From NCBI GenBank assembly GCA_963662795.1, contig OY759746.1:2624001-2688000 (forward strand): 64,000 bases of DNA, read 5' to 3'. Position numbers and translations under genes: made by a program. The notes below the pieces were generated by a model. The model was not told the DNA's origin. It saw only the letters and a program-made list of their open reading frames with translations, and searched no databases. Positions 18,199 through 27,353 of the stretch are shown piece by piece; within the stretch, counting starts at the first letter, position 1, and each line of letters starts with the position of its first letter. This stretch comes from Spirochaetia bacterium (GTDB lineage Bacteria > Spirochaetota > Spirochaetia > CADAEX01).

Positions 18199-19758
18199 GT
18201 GGAATCTTTTATTACCATAGATATTGGTACCACAAATTTTAAGTCAATGCTTTATAAGGCAGACGGAACTCTCCTTTTTACTTCTGTAAGAAGTTATCAG
18301 CCTGTTTTCCGCAGCAATCAGCAGGTAAGGCAGCACCCTGATACCTGGAAAAACGCTCTTTATGAAACGCTTGCTGAAACTGCCCTTTACCTGAAAGAAA
18401 ATAAAATACTGCCTTTGTCAGTCGTGGTTTCAAGTCAGAGGGCCTCTGTAATCCCTGTCGACCGGCAGGGAGAGCCGCTTTATGACGCGTTTATGTGGCA
18501 GGATAAAACAACCCTGCCCCAATGCGAATATCTTCGGGCCGGCATAGATCTTTACAGCGCATACCGGAAAACAGGACTCAGGATTGATCCATATTTTTCA
18601 GCGCCCAAGATATTATGGCTTCGCGATAATGAAAATCAGATTTATAAAAAAGCGTCAAAATTCCTGGGAGTACAGGATCTTGTTGTTTTTCTTCTGACAG
18701 GTAATTTTATTACAGACCACACACAGGCCTCCCGCACGCTGCTTTTTGATCTTGAAAAAAGGCTTTGGAGCGATGACATGCTGCATGCCGCAGGTATTTC
18801 TCCCGGTGTGCTGCCTGATCTTGTTCCACCCGGAGGAAAAGCGGGAATACTCTCAAAAACACTTTCTGAAAACACCGGCCTCCCGGAAGGACTTCCTGTA
18901 GTAATTGCGGGGGGCGATCAGCAGACTGCTGCAATAGGCCTTGGTGTTTTTAAAAACGGGAGAGCGGAAGCAAATACAGGAACCGGTTCTTTTGTTATTT
19001 CCCACAGCGATGTACCTGTCTTCGACCGGGAAATGCGTATACTCTGCAGTATTTCCGCCGTTCCAGACAGCTGGGTGGCCGAGGCAGGGATACTTACCTC
19101 CGGGATAGTTTACAAATGGCTTTCCGGTATAATCGGAGCAGTAAATACAGTCAATGATACTGAAAAACTTGATATCGGGGAAATAAACAATCTGGCGGAA
19201 CTATCTTCTCCCGGAGCAGGAGGAGTAATAATCCTTCCCCATTTTAAAGGTTGCGCAGCCCCATACTGGGACCCTTATGCAAAGGGTGTTATATTCAATC
19301 TCACACTTGCGAACACAAAAGGGGATATCGCGCGGGCAGCGCTTGAATCAATTGCACTTGAGCTTGCAGATAACGTGTCAATTATCGAAGAAAATACAGG
19401 CACACTTGACGGAATCGCTGTCGCAGGAGGCTTAACCCAGCTTGATCTTTTTAACAGGATACAGTCTGACGCTTTCGACAGGAAAGTCCTGCGGTATCAC
19501 AATCCTGAAGCCACATCTATAGGTTCCCTTATAATAGGGGGAACATCGGCCGGAATCTTCAGCAGCATTGAAGAAGGTTTCGACAGAATTGCACTGGGCG
19601 ATCCGGAGATTTACAGTCCTGACAGGACAAACGCGGAAATATATAAAAATTACAGCAGATTCAGAAAAAAATTATACTTAAGTCTTTCTGATAGTTCATT
19701 ATTCAAAGATGTATATGAATATCAGGAAAAAACAAAAAATAACAATGCAGAGAAATGA
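18199..19758 (+). CDS. FGGY-family carbohydrate kinase (xylulokinase/glycerol kinase-like)
   Basis: IDIGTTNFK, WQD, SAPKILWL, ASRTLLFD, GGDQ, NTGTG, AGG; GTG start after AGGAGG. Confidence 0.9.
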   Translation: MESFITIDIGTTNFKSMLYKADGTLLFTSVRSYQPVFRSNQQVRQHPDTWKNALYETLAETALYLKENKILPLSVVVSSQRASVIPVDRQGEPLYDAFMWQDKTTLPQCEYLRAGIDLYSAYRKTGLRIDPYFSAPKILWLRDNENQIYKKASKFLGVQDLVVFLLTGNFITDHTQASRTLLFDLEKRLWSDDMLHAAGISPGVLPDLVPPGGKAGILSKTLSENTGLPEGLPVVIAGGDQQTAAIGLGVFKNGRAEANTGTGSFVISHSDVPVFDREMRILCSISAVPDSWVAEAGILTSGIVYKWLSGIIGAVNTVNDTEKLDIGEINNLAELSSPGAGGVIILPHFKGCAAPYWDPYAKGVIFNLTLANTKGDIARAALESIALELADNVSIIEENTGTLDGIAVAGGLTQLDLFNRIQSDAFDRKVLRYHNPEATSIGSLIIGGTSAGIFSSIEEGFDRIALGDPEIYSPDRTNAEIYKNYSRFRKKLYLSLSDSSLFKDVYEYQEKTKNNNAEK

Positions 19759-19776
19759 AAAGGAGTTAATAATTAA

Positions 19777-20616
19777 ATGCTTGTAAAACTTGAAAAAATA
19801 CTTGAAACAGAAGGCGCTGTCGGGTCTTTTAATGTAGTTGACCTTGATATGGCCCTTGCGATAATTGAAGGGGCGGAGGAGCTTAGACTTCCTGTTATAA
19901 TCGGGATAGCTACCCGCCACTGGAAAGCTGCCCGCGGACAGCTACTGGCTCCTTCCATATTAAAGGCTATTGAAAAAGCCTCGGTCCCCTCTGTTCTTCA
20001 CCTTGACCACTCAGGGCCGAAAGAAGAGCACATTGTCAGGGAAGCGCTTGACAGCGGTTTCACGTCCATAATGATTGACGGCAGCAAACTGCCCTTTGCC
20101 GGGAATGCCGCGGTTACAAGGAATATTGTCGCACTTGCCAAAAGCTACGGCGCGTCCGTGGAAGGGGAGATAGGGGCGATTACAGGGGTTGAAGGGGTGG
20201 TAGACGGTGAGCATAAGGCTTCCGAAAGCCTTTTTACAGACCCTGATGAAGCTGAAAAATTTGTTGCCGAGACAGGCGTCAACGCGCTTGCCGTCTCGAT
20301 AGGAACAGCTCATGGCTTATATAAGGCAGAGCCTGTTATCCAGTTCGATCTGATCTCTGCCCTCAAAAATAAAGTTCCTGTTCCACTGGTCATGCACGGA
20401 GCAACAGGCCTGACTGATGAAGTTATGCGAAAGACAATTGAGTGCGGTATACGCAAGATTAATTATTTTTCAGGGCTGGTCGTCGAAGCGGTTGAAGGTA
20501 CGGGCCGTTATCTTGAAACAGCTGAAAAACCTGACTATGTAGCCATGAGAAAAACTCTTTTCGATGGATGGAAAAAACTCGCATCAAGGCAGATGAAAAT
20601 TTATTCCCTGAAATAA
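19777..20616 (+). CDS. Class II ketose-bisphosphate aldolase family protein
   Basis: HLDH, GFTSIMIDGS, VEGEIG, IGTAHG, HGATG, KINY. Confidence 0.9.
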   Translation: MLVKLEKILETEGAVGSFNVVDLDMALAIIEGAEELRLPVIIGIATRHWKAARGQLLAPSILKAIEKASVPSVLHLDHSGPKEEHIVREALDSGFTSIMIDGSKLPFAGNAAVTRNIVALAKSYGASVEGEIGAITGVEGVVDGEHKASESLFTDPDEAEKFVAETGVNALAVSIGTAHGLYKAEPVIQFDLISALKNKVPVPLVMHGATGLTDEVMRKTIECGIRKINYFSGLVVEAVEGTGRYLETAEKPDYVAMRKTLFDGWKKLASRQMKIYSLK

Positions 20617-20636
20617 GTATTATAAAGTATTGATTT

Positions 20637-20685
20637 GTCTGATGAGCTGCGGGGCCTCAGATACCGGCACTTCAGCTCATCAGAC
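20637..20685. terminator. Long hairpin between convergent genes
   Basis: GTCTGATGAGCTG...CAGCTCATCAGAC 13-bp inverted repeat. Confidence 0.55.
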
Positions 20686-20721
20686 TGTCAAAGCGGAACA
20701 AAAGAAGGGAATACTGAGGGA

Positions 20722-20937
20722 TCATTGCTTCCGGTCATTTTCGCTGTTTTTTAATGCATATAGATCTTTAAGCGCCTTTATCCATTTACCGGGGCCGATA
20801 TAGCATGGGGCAAACGGGATGCTGCATATGATATCCTCAGGACTTTTGATATTGCCGGTTTCAAGTATTGCTTTTTTTACAGATTTTACATCACCCATTT
20901 TTATCTCCATATCACCTCTTCCCTCAATTCGCGGCAA
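20722..20937 (-). CDS. Small hypothetical protein
   Basis: ORF directly after the 368-aa gene; GAGG RBS before the internal MEIKMGD; no recognised motif. Confidence 0.45.
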   Translation of the reverse strand: MPRIEGRGDMEIKMGDVKSVKKAILETGNIKSPEDIICSIPFAPCYIGPGKWIKALKDLYALKNSENDRKQ

Positions 20938-20946
20938 GTCTCATCT

Positions 20947-22053
20947 TTACGCAAAAAGTTCCAGCTGAAGCGGCTGAAGCTGTTTTTTCCCGTGTGCGGA
21001 TTTTTTTACTGCCGGATTTGTCCTGTTTCCGGAGGCTCCTGTTGCTGCAGCCCTGCCGGCGGCCGCGGTCGCTGCCGGTTTTTTAGTCCCTGAAGAAAGC
21101 TTCGGAAATTTAATTTCAAGTTCTCTGTCAAGTACAACAAAGAGATTTTCAATCTGCTCTGCAATCAGGGCGTCATCAGGGCTTTCCGCTCTTTCTCTGC
21201 TGTCTGCGCATGAAAGTTTTAAATCTTCAATAATTTCAAGATATGCTGATATTGTAACAGGTTCTGCGCAGTTTTTCCTTAAAAGCGACACTGCTGTTTT
21301 TATCCAGAACAGCAGGCTCAATTCCCTGTCTTCTTCCATCAGGGCAAGTGCGCTTAACCTTAGTGAATCTGTTTCTCCGAATACAAGTTTTATATTTTCA
21401 ATTAAAAGCTCAGGTGACATATCGTGAGAAAACAGCTGTTTAAGTGCCCAGACTGCTATGTTCTCTGCCGCTTTAGGGTCTTTGGGAAAAATATCTGTAA
21501 TAATCAGCGTAACACTGTCAATAAAACTGTCTTCTTCCCCGTTCTCAAGATTGCTGATACACATATTCAGGTTCAATGTGAAATTATGATTTTCCCTGTC
21601 AATTTCGCGCAGGAGACTTCTTTCAACTTCTGTAAATCCGTCTTTACTGTCAAATCCTGATCTGTCAATAAGGCTTTGAAGAATAGGAGATAAAAGTGCC
21701 GGAATGGATCCGGGATTTATCATGTCTGCTGCGATAGAGGCCTCTTCCGGCGAATTCCTGTAAATATCGTAAAGTGCTTCTGTAAGATATCTCCAGTCAG
21801 AAAAAAAGGAATCAGGTCTTATTTTTGAAAGATGCGACATTATCTCTTCATCATGCATGCCGTTTGTGACAGCCTCAAAAGCATCGGATACAATCTGGGC
21901 TTCGAATTTAAGGATATCATTATCCTTAAGCGCGTCTGTACGGCTTATGTAAAACGGGTCGATAAAATAATTATTTAACAGGTTCTCGAAATCTTTTCGG
22001 GTTTCAGATCGTGAACCGCCAAGCTGGCTTAATATAGATTTAATTGTGTTCAT
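20947..22053 (-). CDS. Hypothetical all-alpha protein
   Basis: 368-aa ORF filling the gap, Ala/Lys-rich low-complexity tail, ends QLELFA. Confidence 0.7.
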   Translation of the reverse strand: MNTIKSILSQLGGSRSETRKDFENLLNNYFIDPFYISRTDALKDNDILKFEAQIVSDAFEAVTNGMHDEEIMSHLSKIRPDSFFSDWRYLTEALYDIYRNSPEEASIAADMINPGSIPALLSPILQSLIDRSGFDSKDGFTEVERSLLREIDRENHNFTLNLNMCISNLENGEEDSFIDSVTLIITDIFPKDPKAAENIAVWALKQLFSHDMSPELLIENIKLVFGETDSLRLSALALMEEDRELSLLFWIKTAVSLLRKNCAEPVTISAYLEIIEDLKLSCADSRERAESPDDALIAEQIENLFVVLDRELEIKFPKLSSGTKKPAATAAAGRAAATGASGNRTNPAVKKSAHGKKQLQPLQLELFA

Positions 22054-22189
22054 AGTTAAAGAAACGGACGTTCATCAGTTAACTTGAGATTTTTGATTAT
22101 GTCAATAAAAAAGAGATATTTAAAGCATATATCTGCTGCGGTGGCCTAAAGATGAAAATTTTTATATATTAAATGAAGGAAGCTTATGG

Positions 22190-23551
22190 ATGGATAATTC
22201 TGATATAATTCTTGACAGTATTTCGGACGGCGTTTTTACAGTAGACAGCGACTGGCATATTACCTCTTTCAACAGTGCGGCGGAAGATATTACAGGAATC
22301 ACCCGCTCTGATGCCAAAGGGCGGTTCTGTTCAGAAGTATTCAGGTCAAGCATGTGCGAAGAGGGCTGTCCTTTAAGGGAAACACTTAAAACCGGAAAGC
22401 CTGTGATAAATAAAACCGGTTTTATAATAGATGCTGATGGCAGCAGGATCCCGATAAGCGTATCAACTGCGGTACTCAAAAACAGCGAAGGAGAGGTTAT
22501 AGGCGGTGTCGAAACATTCCGCGACCTTTCAGAGATAGAAGCCCTTCGAAAGGAGCTTACGGGAAGTTTCAGCATTGGCGATATAGTAAGCCACAGCCCT
22601 GCCATGCGGAATGTTTCAGATATGGCGACAGCGGTTGCGGGAAGCCCGTCGACCGTACTGATACTTGGCGAGACCGGGACAGGCAAGGAATTGCTCGCAA
22701 GGGCCATACACACAATGGGGCGTGGCGAAGGCAAGCCGTTTGTCGCGGTAAACTGCGGAGCGCTTCCTGACTCTCTCCTTGAATCAGAGCTGTTCGGATA
22801 CAAAAAAGGGGCTTTCACAGGGGCTGCATCGGATAAACCCGGCAGATTTGCCCTCGCAGGAGACGGCACCCTGTTTCTGGATGAAATAGGGGAGATAAGC
22901 CCGGCGCTCCAGATACGGCTTCTGCGTGTTCTTCAGGAGCACACCTATGAGCCGCTCGGATCAACCAGTACAGAGACAACAGAAGCCCGGATTATAACCG
23001 CAACAAACAGGGACCTTGCGGCCCTTGTTAAAGAGGGGAAGTTCCGGCTTGATCTTTACTACCGGATAAATGTTGTATCGATAGAACTACCCCCTTTGCG
23101 CAAAAGGAAAGAGGATATTCCGCTCCTTGCTGACCACTTTGTGAGGAAATTCAACTTCCTGCAGAAAAGGGATATCGAAGGTTTTACCCCGGAATCCTAT
23201 TCAATAATGATAGCCTGGGACTGGCCCGGCAATGTAAGGGAACTTGAAAATGTTACTGAAAGGGCATTTGTCCTTTCAAAAGGGAGATGGATTACCCCAG
23301 AACAGCTTCCGGATGAGATAACAGGCGCTGATAATTACCTGCGCAGGAACAATCTTTCAGATGATACAGGAAGCATGGAGGAGGCAAAGAAAACAGCTGA
23401 AAAACAGATTATAATAGACGCTCTTGAGAAATCCGGTTTTAACAGGCAGAAAGCTTCAAACCTCCTTGGTATCCACAAAACAACGCTTTTCAGAAAAATA
23501 AAGGAACTTGAAATTATAATACCGCATGGAAAAAAGGACATAAGTGTTTGA
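22190..23551 (+). CDS. PAS-domain sigma54-dependent activator (OrpR-like)
   Basis: PAS with C-x(7)-C-x(3)-C (FCSEVFRSSMCEEGC), [22 protein letters not shown], Fis HTH. Confidence 0.9.
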   Translation: MDNSDIILDSISDGVFTVDSDWHITSFNSAAEDITGITRSDAKGRFCSEVFRSSMCEEGCPLRETLKTGKPVINKTGFIIDADGSRIPISVSTAVLKNSEGEVIGGVETFRDLSEIEALRKELTGSFSIGDIVSHSPAMRNVSDMATAVAGSPSTVLILGETGTGKELLARAIHTMGRGEGKPFVAVNCGALPDSLLESELFGYKKGAFTGAASDKPGRFALAGDGTLFLDEIGEISPALQIRLLRVLQEHTYEPLGSTSTETTEARIITATNRDLAALVKEGKFRLDLYYRINVVSIELPPLRKRKEDIPLLADHFVRKFNFLQKRDIEGFTPESYSIMIAWDWPGNVRELENVTERAFVLSKGRWITPEQLPDEITGADNYLRRNNLSDDTGSMEEAKKTAEKQIIIDALEKSGFNRQKASNLLGIHKTTLFRKIKELEIIIPHGKKDISV

Positions 23552-23629
23552 TGACATTCTCAACTATATATGATAAATTATATATAGTTGATTGTTGGTT
23601 TTGTTATTAATTAGTATCAGGAGAATAAA

Positions 23630-24147
23630 ATGAAAAAATATTCGCTATTTATTATCATTTCTTTTTTAATGATTTTTCAGCTTCAGGCTGAACCGGTATC
23701 TTCAGAGTGGGGAGCGGGGGCAGCATCTGCTGACAAAGACCTGAGCATTGAAGAAATGCTTAATTACGCAGTCCAGGATGAATATCTGGCACAAGGGCTG
23801 AATATGAGGCAATTATCGGTAAATTCGGCAGCCAAAAACCGTTTTCAAATATTATAAAATCTGAAGAAAACCATATTGCATGGCTTAAAGATGCTTTTAA
23901 GGATAAAGGGCTTGCCATGCCGGCGGACAGGGCGAATGAATATGTTGTTCTTCCTTCATCGCTTAAAGAGGCATTTCAGACAGGTGTTGCAGCAGAGATA
24001 GAAAATATTAAAATGTATGAAATTTTCATCGCCTCTGAGCTGGTAAGCAGACCTGAAAACTCATCTCTTAAGTCTTTGTTTATCAGGCTGCGTGATGCCT
24101 CTAAAAACCATCTCTCAGCTTTTAAAAATGGACTTGCAAAATATTAG
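23630..24147 (+). pseudogene. Secreted ferritin-like (DUF2202-like) protein split by a 2-nt insertion
   Basis: Removing CA at 23792-23793 restores DEYLARAEYEAIIGKFGSQKPFSNIIKSEENH and joins the ORF to the downstream AEIENIKMY...ASKNHLSAF part. Confidence 0.8.
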
Positions 24148-24158
24148 AATTTGTAAAG

Positions 24159-24206
24159 GTAGCATTCTTGCCACTAAAACAATATTAATAGTTGCATAAA
24201 TGCTAC
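24159..24206. promoter_or_regulatory. Paired palindromic UAS candidates for the ORP-type operon
   Basis: GTAGCA-ttct-TGCCAC (24159) and GTTGCA-taaa-TGCTAC (24191), 32 bp apart. Confidence 0.6.
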
Positions 24207-24332
24207 TAATTATCAAATATTGCTTAAAAATCTTCAAATATTTCCCGGAAACAATCACTATTTATCTCCAAAAACTCCAAACAATGGTTTGAAATCTTAA
24301 ATTATTAATGCATATTACTTAAATATCTTAGA

Positions 24333-24347
24333 TGGCACGGTAATTGC
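24333..24347 (+). promoter_or_regulatory. sigma54 (-24/-12) promoter
   Basis: TGGCAC-GGTAA-TTGC exact consensus. Confidence 0.85.
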
Positions 24348-24359
24348 AGTAATATCAGT

Positions 24360-24746
24360 GTGAAAAATATAAAAACATGCTTTTCCGTATGGCAGGGCAG
24401 GATAGCGCCGGTTTTTGATGTTTCGTCAAATATCCTGATTCAGGAAACTGAAGATGGAAAAGTAAAATCGGAATACAGTCTCCAGCTTCCTGCAGAAACA
24501 GTATTTGACAGGGTCTCATTTTTGGCTGACAACAGCGTGGATGTAATAGTTTGCGGTGCGGTCTCAAGGGAGACAGCTATGCTTTTGAATTTATTCAAAA
24601 TTAAATGTTTTCCGTTTATATCGGGCTCTGTTGAGGAAGTTGCAGCTGCATATCATGAAGAACGTCTTTCAGAAAGCAGGTTTTTAATGCCGGGGTGCGG
24701 CAGGCGCAGAATGTGCCGCAGACGGTTTAACCTGTATCATCAGTGA
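24360..24746 (+). CDS. NifB/NifX-family (dinitrogenase FeMo-co-binding-like) protein
   Basis: RIAPVFD, VIVCGAVS, FLMPGCG plus Arg-rich tail. Confidence 0.8.
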   Translation: MKNIKTCFSVWQGRIAPVFDVSSNILIQETEDGKVKSEYSLQLPAETVFDRVSFLADNSVDVIVCGAVSRETAMLLNLFKIKCFPFISGSVEEVAAAYHEERLSESRFLMPGCGRRRMCRRRFNLYHQ

Positions 24747-24812
24747 TGAAAGTTAAAAACCGGATAAACTGTGTTATTAAGGAAAAAATCTTTAAATATG
24801 GAGGGTATATAT

Positions 24813-25178
24813 ATGCCAAAAGGTGACAGAACAGGCCCGATAGGGGGAGGATCAATGACAGGAAGAGGAGCAGGATTTTGCGCAGGTACAGGAGTACCGG
24901 GTTATGAAAATCCGCTTTACAGGTCATTCAGAAACAGGGGAATAGGATTTTTCAGCCATTTCGGATACGGCGGACCCGGAGCAGGATTCGGAAGAGGTTT
25001 TGGCCATGGTTTTTTTGGAAGAGGCATGGGCAGAGGTTTGGAAATTGATAATGAGCCTAAGGATGAAAAGGAATATCTTCTTTCAGAAAAAAAATTCCTC
25101 GAAAAGGATCTTGATGAAGTAAAAAGACAGATTGAACTTATTGATGAAGAACTTAACAGAAATGAAGGGAATGTATGA
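24813..25178 (+). CDS. DUF5320-family Gly/Arg-rich protein
   Basis: MPKGDRTGP.G.GSMTGRGAGFC, GRG repeats, C-terminal coiled coil. Confidence 0.8.
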   Translation: MPKGDRTGPIGGGSMTGRGAGFCAGTGVPGYENPLYRSFRNRGIGFFSHFGYGGPGAGFGRGFGHGFFGRGMGRGLEIDNEPKDEKEYLLSEKKFLEKDLDEVKRQIELIDEELNRNEGNV

Positions 25179-25534
25179 AAATAGTAGTAACAGCATCAGG
25201 TGAAGGACTTGATGCAGATATGGACAGCAGATTCGGAAGGGCCAGAAATTTTGTTATTTTTGATACAGAAACAGAAGAAGTTTCGTCGCTCGATAACTCT
25301 GTGAATCTCAATGCAGCGCAGGGTGCCGGAATCCAGGCAGCAGGTAATGCCGCAGAAACAGGCGCGGAAGTCCTGATTTCAGGGCACTGCGGCCCGAAAG
25401 CGTTCAGGGTACTGAAAGAGGCGGGAATAAGGGTTTACAATACTGAAGCCAAAACAGTGAGGCAGGCTCTTGATTTGTTTCTGCAGGACAAACTTGCAGA
25501 ATCCTCAGGTTCGGATGTAGAGGGGCACTGGTAA
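25175..25534 (+). CDS. Orange-protein-like NifB/NifX family protein
   Basis: DSRFGRA, AAQGAGIQAA, SGHCGPKAF, C-terminal DVEGHW. Confidence 0.85.
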   Translation: MKIVVTASGEGLDADMDSRFGRARNFVIFDTETEEVSSLDNSVNLNAAQGAGIQAAGNAAETGAEVLISGHCGPKAFRVLKEAGIRVYNTEAKTVRQALDLFLQDKLAESSGSDVEGHW

Positions 25535-26373
25535 TGACTATTGCTTTTGCATCAGGAAAGGGCGGCACCGGTAAAACTACATTTTCGGTTGCTTTTGCCC
25601 TTTCTTCTGATGAGGATGTAACCTTTCTTGACTGCGATGTTGAAGAGCCGGACAGCCATTTTTTTATCAGGCCTGAAATAACGGGAGAGGAAAAGATAAC
25701 TGTTCCTGTTCCGGTAGTCGACAGCGGAAAATGTACAGGCTGCGGAAGATGCGCAAAAGTCTGCAGATTCAACGCTATAACCATGATAGGCAAAAAACCT
25801 CTGATTTTTCACGAACTTTGCCACAGCTGCGGAGGGTGCGCAATTGCCTGCCCGGAAAAAGCCATCAGTGAGATTCAGAGGGTAACAGGCGTAATATCAA
25901 GCGGAAATAAGGATCATATTTCTTTTTATCAGGGGCTGCTTGATGTCGGAAACACAAAGTCTCCCCCGCTTATCAGGGCGGTAAGGAAAAAAGGGGATGG
26001 AGCTTCCCTTGTTATCATAGACAGTCCTCCGGGAACTTCATGTCCGATGGTTACAGCACTTAAGGGGGCGGATTACGCTGTTCTGGTAACAGAACCTGCC
26101 CCTTTCGCTCTTAACGATTTAAAAATAGCAGTTGAAACAGTCAGGATACTTGGAATTCCATTCGGTGTGGTAATAAACAAATCTGATCACCCTTTTCCGC
26201 AGACAGAAGAATACTGCAGGAAAGAAGCAATCCCTGTTCTGCTTAAGGTACCTGAAAAAAGGGCTGCGGCGGTAGGGTGTTCATCGGGTGAGTCGATTAT
26301 CAATATTTTCCCCGGACTTGGGGATGAAATAAAAAAAGCAATAAATACAATAAAAAAGGAAGCAGTCAGATGA
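25534..26373 (+). CDS. MinD-superfamily P-loop ATPase with 2x[4Fe-4S] insert
   Basis: ASGKGGTGKTT, DCDVEEP, CTGCGRC...C, CHSCGGC...CP, DSPPGTSCP. Confidence 0.9.
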   Translation: MTIAFASGKGGTGKTTFSVAFALSSDEDVTFLDCDVEEPDSHFFIRPEITGEEKITVPVPVVDSGKCTGCGRCAKVCRFNAITMIGKKPLIFHELCHSCGGCAIACPEKAISEIQRVTGVISSGNKDHISFYQGLLDVGNTKSPPLIRAVRKKGDGASLVIIDSPPGTSCPMVTALKGADYAVLVTEPAPFALNDLKIAVETVRILGIPFGVVINKSDHPFPQTEEYCRKEAIPVLLKVPEKRAAAVGCSSGESIINIFPGLGDEIKKAINTIKKEAVR

Positions 26374-27317
26374 AAAAAATCAGTCATATATTCGGACCGG
26401 TACCGTCAAGAAGACTCGGAAGATCGCTCGGGATTGATCTTGTCCCGTTTAAAACATGTTCCTTTGACTGCGTTTACTGCCAGCTCGGCCGCACAACCAA
26501 TCTGACTGTAAAATGTGATAATTATTATGATCCTGATGAAATACTGGATGATTTCAGGGAGAAACTTAAAAAGGATAAAAGCTGCGCCGGTGCTGATTAC
26601 ATAACAATCTCAGGATCGGGCGAGCCGACGCTCAACAGTTCCATAGGGCGTATTATAGATGAGATAAAAAGGATTACAGATATACCTGTTTCAGTTCTCA
26701 CCAACGGGTCAATGCTCTGGAAAGATGATGTAGCTGATGCACTGATGAACGCAGACCTCGTTGCCCCTTCACTCGACGGCGGGACAGATGAGGTTTTTCG
26801 GCTTGTAAACCGGCCTGCAGAGGGTCTTTTTTTCAATCAGATTATTTCCGGACTTGAAAGCTTTACCGGTAAATTCAGGGGAACTGTCTGGCTTGAAGTG
26901 TTTCTCCTTAAAAATATTTCTGATAACGAAAAAGAAATAGAGGCTGTAAAGAGGAATTTGAAGGGTGTCCGTACAGACAAAATTCAGCTTAATACAGTAG
27001 CCCGTCCTGCGTGTGAGAATTTCGCCCTTCCTGTAACAAGACAGAAGATGGAAAGTCTTCTCAGGCTTTTACCCGATAACGCGGAAGTTATCGCTGATTT
27101 CTCAATGCAGGAGAGGGAAGTGTTCAGGGAAGCTGATGAGCAGGAGGTTTTAAATCTGCTTGAGAGAAGGCCCTGTACCAGGGAAGATATGTCGGTCAGC
27201 CTTGGAATGCACCTCAATGAGGTGGTAAAGCTGATTGAGGTGCTTGAAAGAAGCGGACTGATAATGAATGAGATAAAAAACGGGCGCAGCTATTATTTCT
27301 CAGCTGTACACGGATGA
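26370..27317 (+). CDS. Radical SAM protein with C-terminal winged helix
   Basis: FGPVPSRRLGRSLGID, CSFDCVYC, SGSGEPTL, LTNGS. Confidence 0.88.
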   Translation: MKKISHIFGPVPSRRLGRSLGIDLVPFKTCSFDCVYCQLGRTTNLTVKCDNYYDPDEILDDFREKLKKDKSCAGADYITISGSGEPTLNSSIGRIIDEIKRITDIPVSVLTNGSMLWKDDVADALMNADLVAPSLDGGTDEVFRLVNRPAEGLFFNQIISGLESFTGKFRGTVWLEVFLLKNISDNEKEIEAVKRNLKGVRTDKIQLNTVARPACENFALPVTRQKMESLLRLLPDNAEVIADFSMQEREVFREADEQEVLNLLERRPCTREDMSVSLGMHLNEVVKLIEVLERSGLIMNEIKNGRSYYFSAVHG

Positions 27318-27353
27318 TAAAGCAGGAATTATGAACAGGATAAAATACTGAAT

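Noticed and set aside
20639-20685. CTGATGAG suggests a hammerhead ribozyme core
   Set aside because: No GAAA follows the stem, and the motif is fully paired within a simple inverted repeat
22162-22869. 235-aa antisense ORF
   Set aside because: Typical shadow ORF opposite a sigma54 AAA+ domain
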